Notes under the pieces: model-generated | What the model saw: the letters and a program-made list of their open reading frames with translations, nothing else | Told to the model about the DNA's origin: nothing | Databases searched by the model: none | From: Ostrea edulis | Taxonomy: Eukaryota | Length of the DNA: 64,000 nt | Reading direction: 5' to 3' | NCBI RefSeq assembly: GCF_947568905.1 | Contig: NC_079165.1 | Coordinates: 62,496,001-62,560,000, forward strand | In this document: in pieces, positions 40,001 through 52,000 of the stretch | Position numbering within the stretch: the first letter of the stretch is position 1 | Layout: each line of letters opens with the position of its first letter | Translations under genes and position numbers: made by a program

Positions 40001-43000
40001 AAGCAAAAATTAGCGGAAATTGACAACTACACGTGTACATTACCTCTAGGGTGTTGTAGAACAACTTAAAATCCTAGAGACATTCTAAATATCTGTTACA
40101 AAGACGTCCTAATAAAATACCAAGAGCTGCCTACTAAAGTATATAATCTGCATCATGTTATGTAAGCAAAATCTAAATATACTCTGCACATATAAAAACC
40201 CACATTTAATGTCCATCACTTTGCAAGAAAATAACAACAACAAAATCAGATTCCAACAAACTTACCTGTACACTTGTAACCCTGGAAAAACACACCCCTG
40301 AAAATTTAATAAAATACCAGCACATTAATAACCCATCATGAATACGGACCACCCCCTCCCCCTCCCATTTAAAAGCTGTAAGTGTACAATGTTTTGATCT
40401 GGAATTTTATTCTTTACAGACTGTTGTAATCATTACTTTCATACTCTCATACATACAAATGTAAAAATGTAATACACAAGAAATTTCTCCATGTGAGTTA
40501 TATTTTTCTGTCTTATACTGTAAAGATGTCAATCATTATGACATCCTATATTTTCTACGATTTACCATTACATGGTGAAAAAGTATCTAATGCTTTCTTC
40601 AAATTTCGATTTGATATACCGGATAGCTTTTTGGGATACACCATTGGGTTTAAACCATTTTTGAGCATGCTCTTTCTGACTCTCTATCTAGTTTATGCAT
40701 TGAAGTTCAAATAAGGATTTTAATAATTCTGAATATTCTGAAAGCTGAATTAATTCACAAGATTAATTAATCAAATAATAATTGTGGATAAAATATGAGA
40801 AATATAATCCTTCATTATAAACTTCTGTGGGACAGTGAAATTCTACCTCTTGGACAAGATTCACAGTCCAAGACTTGGGAGTTCCTCGTCATACACTGTA
40901 AATCTTGTCCTCTCAATGGAATTTCACTATCCCACACTCATTATAATGAATGGCTATTAATATACCTTAGTAGTTTCCCACAAACAGTGCATTCTGTTGG
41001 CTCCTCAAATGTGTGCATCACATAATTTATCCCTTGTGGTGGTGAAGCATTCTCTCTAGAATTCGTAATTCATATTTTAAATTTACATGAATAATCAATA
41101 CATGGAAGTGGACAGTTTCATTTCATTTCTTACAACATGGTTAAGGTTGCATAATTTTGTAATGCTGTCTGAAACTATGGCAATCAAAATTGAACTGAGG
41201 TTTTATGAATATTGTTTTTATACTGAAATATTCGTCTTCCCAAGAAGTGTAAATTTATGTACATACAATGCCAGCCTTATTGCATCAATCCATTTAGCCT
41301 TCATGTCCTCTGTTTTGGCAAAGAATGAAAATGCGTTTGAACCATCTTTCTTAGCCATAATAAATGAACTGTTCCACTGTAAAAAAGAATTACAAATATG
41401 AATTCAGAGCAATGAAGAATATGGCCTTTATAATTCAAAGCATGGTGGGATACATCCACTTTATCACAGAAAGTCTCAAAATATTTCAGTAAAAAGAAAG
41501 AAAAAAAAACAACAATCAAAAACAATTACAACACTCCACTTCAAGTAACTAAACAATAGTTCTGAATGTAAAAAAAAATCATAGAGAAAAGCATCTTTTC
41601 ACATTGTTCTTATAGAATCCACAAAAGGTATACAGGTAAGATACATGTATAATTTTAACAAATGCTGCTCTCCAACAATGGAGCACTACTCATTAGAGAT
41701 GTTTGTTTAGTAATAGATGCTGTTTTCTATGAATTAAGCACTAAACATGAGAGTTGTTGATTAGTAACAGATACTGCTCTCAAACAATTGAGCACTATCA
41801 TAATGACCCCCTAGTGCCAACATCCGCGCATCAAAGAACCCCACTGGAAATAAGCTTTCAAGTTTTCATGGGTTATCCTTGGTATGTGTATATATTTGTA
41901 TGTATATATCGAATAAACATTTATTTTATTTGTGAGAGTTGCTTATTTGTTTAGTAACAGATACTGCTCTTCAGCAATTGCATACTATTTGTGAGAGTTG
42001 TTTGTTTAGCAACAGATGCTGAAATACATTAAATTAGTACTCTTTTTATTTTTTGGTCTTTTTTCTTCCTTTTTAGTGATATTACCTTGAAAGAAAACAA
42101 ATATTTTTCAACAACATATAATAATTAGTTTATATTAAATTCTACTGTACTGGAGTGCCTTTTCTATTTCCACTTGTGTAGGTTACATACATGATACTTC
42201 ACCCTGGCCCCTTTGGCATAAGTTCCCTCCCTTTCCCCTTGTATACATTGTTCTGTACTTTACCTTTTCCCCTCTGGCCAGGGTCCCTTCCTGTTCCCTT
42301 TGTGTAGGTGTTACATTACCTTTAAACTGGTTCCCCACTGATTGGTGCTACACACAAACAACGGGTAAGCGGTACTTTCACTACTTTGATTAGCCCAAAA
42401 GAGCCGATTTCATTGGCCAATTGATTTTCATGTTGCACTGGAGAGATTCTGAATGGTAGCGCCAAACTCTAATTAAATTCAGACTTCTTAGATCCGCATC
42501 GTATACTCTTACGCAGAGTATAATGTGTGGATCTAAGAAGTCTGATTCTAATTACATTGGGTAGCGCCGTTGTAGCTTTCTCAAATCTCACACTTCATAC
42601 TTCACCGCATATATATTTGTAATGTAATGTAGTCGACTGCGACGTCATTGCTAGCATCGTTATTGTTTTGAAATGAACTCTCGTCATACGCGTGAGATAA
42701 TGATACAGCCCAAAATTGGCGCTTACCTGTTGTACACGAGAGAAGCGAGGTCAACAGGATACCAGCTTACATTACCTTTTCCCCTCTGGCCTGGATCCCT
42801 TCCTGTTCCCCTTGTGTAGGTTGTACATTACCTTTTCCCCTCTGCTCTTGGTCCCTTCCTGTTCCCATTGTGTAGGTTGTGTACACTATTTTTCCACTAT
42901 GGCCTGGGTCCCTTCCCTTTCCCCTTGTGTAGGTTCTATACATTACCTTTTCCCCTCTGGCCTGGGTCCCTTCCCTTTCCCCTTGTGAAGGTTATGTACA

Positions 43001-46000
43001 TTACCTTTTCCCCTCTGGCCTGGGTCCCTTCCCTTTCCCCTTGTGAAGGTTATGTACATTACCTTTTCCCCTCTGGCCTGGGTCCCTTCCCTTTCCCCTT
43101 GTGAAGGTTATGTACATTACCTTTTCCCCTCTGGCCTGGGTCCATTCCCTTTCCCCTTGTGAAGGTTATGTACATTACCTTTCCCCCTCTGGCCTGGGTC
43201 CCTTCCCTTTCCCCTTGTGTAGGTTCTGTAATCTACTTTTCCCCCTCTGGCCTGGGTCCCTTCCCTTTCCCCTTGTGTAGGTTGTGTACTTTACCTTTTC
43301 CCCTCTGCGCTGGGTCTCTCTGTTTGCAGGTTGCTGATCATGGACTTTGTAAACTGCCAGGATGATGGCCTCTTTGAAACTATAAGATTCCCCCTGTAAA
43401 ACATGAGCAAGGATTAGTTACAGACTGTATATTAACTATAAACTGCAAGATAAAGGTGACTGTGTTGCACCTGTTTGTAATCTGTTAGTCAAAATACCAG
43501 TAGAGTGGGATATGAATGGTTTAGACTTTTATGAATAAGATACCCTATTGAATGTAACAAACAGTAACAGATTTTTTCTTCTTCTTTGCTTGGGCCAAAA
43601 AAAAAAGATAGTTTGTTTCCCCTCGCCCGACCGACCCAGTGAAATTCCCGCCGACCCAAAAGTTTTTATTCATATTTTTCAGCGACATTTTTTTTTTTTT
43701 TTTTTATTTCCGAACAGAAAGCAATACAAACAATAAAAGATGTGATATGATTGTCAAAGAGACAACCATCAACAAAATGACAAATATTAACAAACAATTA
43801 CACTTCTACAGGTCATCCTATTAAAGGTATTCACTGATTGGTTTAAAGCATACTACCTTGTAGTATGTCTTAGTATATTGCCATGGAAATTTAGTACAAA
43901 GAATATTGTAGAAAAAACAACTTTTTACCTACCTACCTACCCATATGTGAAATTTAGGGTCGGGAGAGGGGAAACAAACATATTTTTAAATGTGGCCTTG
44001 TTTTCCGATTTCAAAATGTATGCATATAGTTTCATGTCTACAAATGTTGTATACATATGTACATAAACTTCCACATTGCAATGCATATTTCTTAATATGT
44101 AGATGAATGAACAAAGAAACAAGTAAAATGATATACTCCGTATTAATTCCCAATCACAATATAAATAATTGCATACTTTCTCATAATATCATCCTACAAT
44201 TCTGTTTCTGAAGTCCATCGCTCTGTATTACCCAGCCCCCATTGCCTTTAGGCATCATACTTAAAATACAGTGCAATGTGTATGTTTCAATACAAGCAAC
44301 AGGATTCAGCCATGGGTATCCTAACCAGTAAAGGAAATTCTTAACCAAAAGCAAACAGGACACATTGAAATTTCCATCAAGAGTTTTAAGTAGTGGTGAC
44401 TTGCAATTCTCTAAATATAGCAGGTTGTTTTTATGAGGGTCAAAGGAAAGTCATGCATTCAAAGCATACAACAACATTCCTATGAAAATTATGAAAACAA
44501 ATACACAAAATTATTTATTAACCATGATGAAATTCTAATGAAAATACCTACCTGCATACACTTCCACTCTCATAAACTTACCAATACATTCAATTCACAC
44601 AATTTTCCCTTTCAAACATCTACATTTTAATCACTGAATAAAAAATACTGACTACCCAGAACATGAATTAACAATGTGCTGACAATAAATATTTAGTTTT
44701 TGTAACAAATAATGAAACATCATCACCAGTTTCATGCCTAAAAGTATTAGTAAAATAAATCTGAATTTCAGTGAATAAATCATGGGCTAATAGAATATTT
44801 TCAATACTATATGAACTGGTGCTAATCATTAATTGTCTTTTTGTAAAACTAATTAATACACACAAGCTATAAAAGGTTCTACATTTCTTTAATTGTCTCT
44901 CCATGTTCTTTTTTAACATTCGAGTGTTTAAAGTAGCAATTCTATGTATGGTATCATACAATTCTGTGTATGGTGTCATACAATTCTGTGTATGGTATCA
45001 TACAATTCTATGTGTGGTATCATACAATTCTCTGTATGGTATCATACAATTCTGTGTATGGTGTCATACAATTCTCTGTATGGTATCATACAATTCTCTG
45101 TATGGTATCATACAATTCTGTGTATGGTATCATACAATTCTCTGTATGGTATCATACAATTCTGTGTATGGTGTCATACAATTCTGTGTATGGTGTCATA
45201 CAATTCTCTGTATGGTATCATACAATTCTATGTATGGTGTCATACAAAGTGTTGACTGCTACTGGTAAAGACTTCTATATGCATGTGTAAATTTAGTCAT
45301 AACAGTTTCTCATTTCATATACTAATTGTTTATCACAATAATAATAACCAATTACATTTATCTCACATGATTTTTAATTACCTATCAAACATGATAAATC
45401 AAAATAGAATTTCCATTAGCTTATCTAAACTCTCTACCAAAAAAATGAAATATGTTCTCTTCCCGGATTTTAAGTTTCATTTCATTCCACAAGGAGAATA
45501 TGGATTATTTCATTCCTGACATGCCATGCCAAAACTTGACCTACATGTACATGTTTGTTAGTATCACACTCAGCAGAACATGTTCACTGCTACAGCTCTT
45601 ACCACTTTTATTGTTGTAAAGTGATGTGACTATGCTTAATGAGTACTAACAACTTATTAATATGACTATAACAAACTCTTTAACTAATAGATTTCAATAC
45701 TATAGAAACAGAAAGTAAATAATGCATATCGGTACAATCTAATACAGAAAGAAAACGTAACATTCCGGACACATTCGAAAGTACATGTACATCAGAAATG
45801 GTCTGCATAATATGTACTAGGAACTTGTAACATCGGTTACAAATTCAAAATGAGAATTTCTTAGGATTATTTCTGAAGAATAGCTTATCTTACAGATCAC
45901 ATCACTTTTGACACACTGTACATAGCCCATATCTATCACAAGTTTTAATTAGAAATTTGGATACAATTAAAATCAGCCTTTCCATTCACAGAATATAGTT

Positions 46001-49000
46001 TGGTACAACAGATAATGCCTTACCGAGAATAATCGATCCACCATCTGGGGAACAGCACATAATGAAAAGAATTAATTCAACGTTAGCATCAAAGAAACCC
46101 CCTAAAGAATTCAAAATACGCACAGTACCGGACGTCTGCCTTTCTAATATTTCACAGTAGAACATTTGCCAAAAGCAAATGTCTGTTTTGGACTATTTCA
46201 ACCAAACACGTTGGAATTATGAATTATATGACAAGGATATAAGAGTAGACCGCTACCTCTCTCTCTCATCTGTGGTTTAATTAAAGATGAGAAATAATCA
46301 CAAAGAAAACAATCTTGCAAGTAAAACATTCTAAACAACAACAAAAGTGAAAACACAACAAATACAGGTACTGAAACACTTCATGCATACAAATAATCAG
46401 ATAATTAAATCATCGGATCACCGGGGACAATGTTTTAATGATGTGTTCTAAATCTTCATTCTTAGGCTGCATATTTAAGATTTACACATTATGAACTGTA
46501 ATTAACACATCGTGCAGTTAAATTTACAGGCATCAAAGTAATACTCATACTGAAAAAGAATTAATGGGAGCTGCATAATATTCAAACTTACCCTAGCCTT
46601 GCACATCAGCATCACTTTGTCAAAGAGAAATATGTATCTGGCAAAAATATAATTCAGATAATCATTATACTGAATCAAAATCAGATAACAAACTTATATA
46701 AAGAGAAAACAATTTACAGTTCCCTTTATCATTTGTTTGAATGAACTATTTCCTGCATTATGTACTTCTTTGAGTGCATGTATGCATATCACTTCAATGT
46801 AATGAAGTTTAAACCTTCTTTATAAGAGATCACTTACCTTATTCTGATTTTGTTGTCCGTATGGTTTTTCACTTTCAGCTCTCCATCCTTCTGCAGTCTG
46901 CCATAGTCCTTTAATGTGGTGTTAGCAGGCTAAAACATACCCATCAATCATTGATAAAGAGTTCAGAAAACATGTCAAAATAAAAACACAGTGAATGCAA
47001 TATCTTACACATCACCGACTTGAAAGATATGACCATTAAATCAAAAACAGCCATGCTATAGCTTTAGATAGCTTTTACCAAGGAAAAAAGATTGCTACTC
47101 ACAATGGTATGAATTCTATCAATTTATGATATACTAGCATTATATTATCTTTATGTTGTAATTAAAAAAGGAATTAAACAATAAAGAATGCATAATTTTT
47201 TTAATCCTTTGACGGTACTAATCACATAATAAAACATCTTGAACAAGCTTTTGAAACATCACAAACATGACACCGTTACTTCAGATATCATTCAGAAACA
47301 CTCTGTTACAGTACAATAAGTAGCTAATCCTTTTTTTGGGATACGTGTCAGGACTACATGCAGTACTTTATGATGTAAGAATCTGATTAATGGACGGTCA
47401 GAAATACAATGTATGTATGCAAAGCTACTTGCTATATACACAAGAAATTTACATTTCAGCAAATATACACAATATCTAAGTCTATTTTCTTTCCTGCAAA
47501 CTTGATTATGGAAATGATATTCTTTTCTAATGCTATCATGTAAAACATCAAAACTTGTTTGTGACTGCAGGCTTAATGAATGATATTTTGAAAAATAAAT
47601 ATGCATGATTGTTCACACAAAAGAGAGAAACAATATGGAACTCACTGTTTTGGGTAGATACTGTATGAATGTAACAGGTAAAGTTGTGCAAGATTTATCA
47701 AGCATGTCCAGATATAAACACATGTATTGTTTGTCGAATTTAAATATCCAGCTGCTCTACTAATGAGCTATAACAGTAGCTAGAGAGCACTACAGAACTG
47801 TAAGTAAAGATATCATACCATTTGAAGGTCTCCAATGCTGAAATAAATAAACAGATACATGTATCTTAAAAATCTATACTACATAAGACCTATTACCGGT
47901 ATTTCAATGTACATTTAACTCAGGCATGACAATGACAAGTTCAAGTGAAAAGGTGTGTATCTTAGAATTAACTGTTCTGTATTTCAGAATTTCAGAATTA
48001 CCTGTTATATGTCTTATACTTCAGAAAGACTTTTTTATTTCAAAATTACCCGTTTTGTATTTCCGAATACTTGTTCTATATTTCGGAATGATTTTTTTGT
48101 ATTTCAGAATTACTCGTTTTGTATTTCATAATTACCTGTTTTGTTTTTCAAAATATCTGTTCTATATATCATAATTACCTGTTTTGTATTTCAGAATTAC
48201 TCATTTTGTATTTCATAATTACCTGTTTTGTTTTTCAAAATATCTGTTCTATATATCATAATTCCCTGTTATGTATTTCAGAATTACCTGTTTTGTATTT
48301 CAGAATTACCTGATTTGTATTTCAAAATACCTGTTCTATATTTCAGAATTACCTGTCCTACATTTCAGAATTACCTGTTTTGTATTTCTGAATTACCTGT
48401 TTTGTTTTTCAAAATACCTGTTCTATATCTTAGAATTACCTGTTTTGTATTCCAGAATACCTGTCCTATATTTCAGAATGACCTGTTTTGTATTTCAGAA
48501 TTACCTGTTTTGTATTTCAGAATTATCTGTTTTGTATTTCAAAATTAAGTGTTTTGTATTTCAGAATTATCTGTTTTGTATTTCAGAATACCTGTCCTAT
48601 ATTTCAGAATTACCCGTTTTGTATTTCCAAATACTTGTTCTATATTTCGGAATGATTTTTTGTATTTCAGAATTACCCGTTTTGTATTTCATAATTATCT
48701 GTTTTGTATTTCAGAATTACCTGTTTTGTATTTCATAATTATCTGTTCTATATTTCAGAATTACCTGTCCTACAATTCAGAATTACCTGTTTTGTATTTT
48801 AGAATACTTGTTCAATATATCAGAATTACCTGTTTTGTATTTCATTGATCAGTTGTAAGGTCTCATTGTCTCTTTTCACTTCATTCACATACAAGGACAG
48901 GTCCTGTAATCAATAGTTACATGTACTGTTATTTTTCTCTACTTCACAATAACATTGTTTCTTCAAACTGTCTCTTCAAACTAATTAGTTTAGGTTTTCA

Positions 49001-52000
49001 AAACAATTTCCAACAAAATCTAACTGAAATAAATGCACCATTTACAAGAAATATCTAATATTTAGATGGTGCTATCATTCAAACAAGTGAAACTACATAT
49101 ATATACATGCGCAAATTCAGAATTTTTTTTTAGAGGAGCAGGTTCCACCCCATGCTATTTTTTTGCAGGGACACAATTGAAACTAAGGATTAACATCTGG
49201 TATTTTACTTCCGAAAGTACACAAAAACAGGCATACACATGTATATATTTTCTACCAGACTCAGGGGGTGGTGGGTTTGGGCCCTCTGTCCACCCGGGAC
49301 CACCCCCACCATGTGCACCTTACACAAAATATCCAATTTAAAAGAAAATAGATAAAAATATAAGTGTAATGAAAATTGCAAAACAGCATAAAAATCATTA
49401 TTTAATGGTTAGGCAGTAATATCCTGAAATCTCCATGAAGCATTGAAGTATTTTTAAAGAAGAAATTAGAACAATATCATATTGTACAAAATCCTAATCA
49501 GTGACACAATGTTTAAATATTTCAGCATTCACATGTGTATATACTAAATAAATGCAGATTAAAGTTTGTTACACATCAGACCCTCCCCGTTTAATCTGCA
49601 TAATCTCAGGTTAATGAGATGTTACTTTGTGAGATAATTAAGAAATAAACGTTTTTGAAAATACACCCAAGGCATGAACTGTGATGCTTCATGTCAACAA
49701 ACTTCATGAAGTGTGGTAGCGCTTCATGAAAAATGTGCCAATGTAAAGCTTTGCACTCCATATCCTCATGTAAAGGTCTTATATTTACAGGGATTTCAAA
49801 AGTCTCATTTGAAATCAGCATTTAGCAAATTCTATGGTCATTCTAATGATTTTATTTCGCAAAAACAACCTGTAGTTAAGTCAAATAATATCTGAGATGT
49901 TTCATACCAATTGATAGGCCTTTCTTTACTAACAGATTTTAACTACGGATTGCTCTGTTTATTTGATCAAGACAGAGAGCTCATGGCAGGTGTGCCAGGT
50001 CAACAGGGGATGCTTACTCCCTCTAGACACCTAATTCTACCTCCTTGTGTTGCCAGGGGTCTGTGTTTGCCCTACTCTTAATTTTGTATTCTACAAATGT
50101 ATATGGGATTAATGAGACTGATCATGTTTGTTAATTCACTTTTCATTCTACTTTCATTTCTATTGGAATTCCCAGTCATTAAAATAGATGTACTATTTGA
50201 AGAGGAATCAAAGGCAAAAACATAGGAAATATAAATATAGAAGAATGGTAATTAGGATTAAAAGAGTACTTTCAACATCGAAAATTCTTTGGATGTTTAT
50301 CTAGTTGGAATTTTCTCTGTCCTAATCCTTAGAGGACACTTTGTGAGCTGTGCTTGCTATAAATTTAGTACACTTGATAATAAATATATACCATCATGGC
50401 TTCCAGACCCATTTCCAGAGTATCTTTATCATCAGCTTGCTTCCCAGACTGCTTTATCAACTCCTGAAAAAATAATATAATTCTTAGATGAAAGACATCA
50501 AAATTTGTTAGGGGAACCCTACAAGTAATGCATATTCAATTATTAAAACTACACTAATTTGTGAATTGACTCACACAATATACTTACTCTCAATAATAAA
50601 TGGTACTTCAAGACTCTCTGCATTGGAACATGAAGCAAATCTCTCAGTTTAAACTTCCCTTCATTTGCTTTCTTTTCACAAACCTAGAAAAATGCAAACA
50701 GTATAGAAATTATTTTCTCATTATATCCACCACGGTAGGGAAGAAAATTTCATAATCTTTCAAGACAATGGTCATTGATCAATCACCTCAATCTGACACC
50801 GAATTTGGTCGTTTTTCTTAATCACATCCTCCAATCTTTCCTGGGCTTTTGGCATGTCAGAACAATAATTCCCATACACAAGCAAGCTTTTCTTATATTT
50901 CACAAAAACGTCACCAATTTTAGGATTTCCACTTATACATGCTTCTTGCAATTCCGACTGAAATTTTTTGTGAATTTCAAGTAGCTTCTGCAAATTGAAA
51001 GACAAAGAATTTAAGAGTTTGGCATAACACAAATTGAGGACAGGCTTTACAATAAATGCATGTCTGTGATACTTAGTGTAGATAGTAGAGTAAACATACT
51101 TCTATGTGAGCAAATATAACTTCTCTGTCAGCAGATGAGATTATGTCTTTCAGAGGTTTAATGAAGTGCTGGAAATATAATCAAATCAAATACATTATAC
51201 ATGTATGTGTATTAAAGAAATATTGAGTTCTCTTGCTAAACAATTCCAACAAATATACTCTTCATAGAATAGACTTTGTTAATATGACAGTATCTTTTTT
51301 TTCCACACATACTTGCTGAACCATGCGTAATGCGTCTACATAGTTTTTCTCTGTATCGTGGAGTTCTTTGACACAGTAGTCACGTTTTGTCACAGGGGGT
51401 GGAAGCTCAGATACCTACAGGATACAAAAGGACCAGTGATGCAGTATTAAGAATTCCTCTTACATCTAATGTGTAAATGTTCTGGTTGTCTGGATCATGA
51501 GATATAAAGGCAATAGACACATAATGCAAACAACACACACATTTATTCCTTTTATTCATATCTTAAAAGTTAACTTATTCCTTTTTATAAATGTATAAGT
51601 TTTTTGTGTGAAGATTGAGGAGTCAGTGCTTTCAAAGAGAAATAAATAAACTTATTCCTGAAAAAATATCAGTAGGTGTAAAAGTACTCAATAACAAACA
51701 TAATAAAACTCTTAATAAAAAACTTATGTATCATCACAAATAGACTGAATACATGAAATTATTAAAATTGAATACGCATATTGAATTAAAAAACAGAGAC
51801 ACAAGTTTTAACACCACAACTAATACATTAAAAAAAAAAATAAGAAACACAAAATGCAGAGGTGACAAAGATGTAAGAAAGTCCGGAGCTTCTGATGTTT
51901 CTTAGCTCTCCTTTAATAATTACATTTGCTCAGTTATTTTCCTACATTATGAAGTTTTTGAATTATACCACTTCCTTGTTATTGTTACAGTATGCCCGAG

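Noticed and set aside
42716-43365. Pro/Leu-rich plus-strand ORFs
   Set aside because: They derive from the 58-nt minisatellite.
44903-45290. Three overlapping ORFs of 103-121 aa
   Set aside because: All frames are open only because of the 22-nt repeat.
42200-48842. CRISPR-like appearance of the periodic arrays
   Set aside because: There are no unique spacers, no cas genes, and the context is eukaryotic intron.
47926-48848. Long plus-strand ORFs (up to 155 aa)
   Set aside because: They are translations of the 22-nt minisatellite, low complexity and antisense to a Vav intron.
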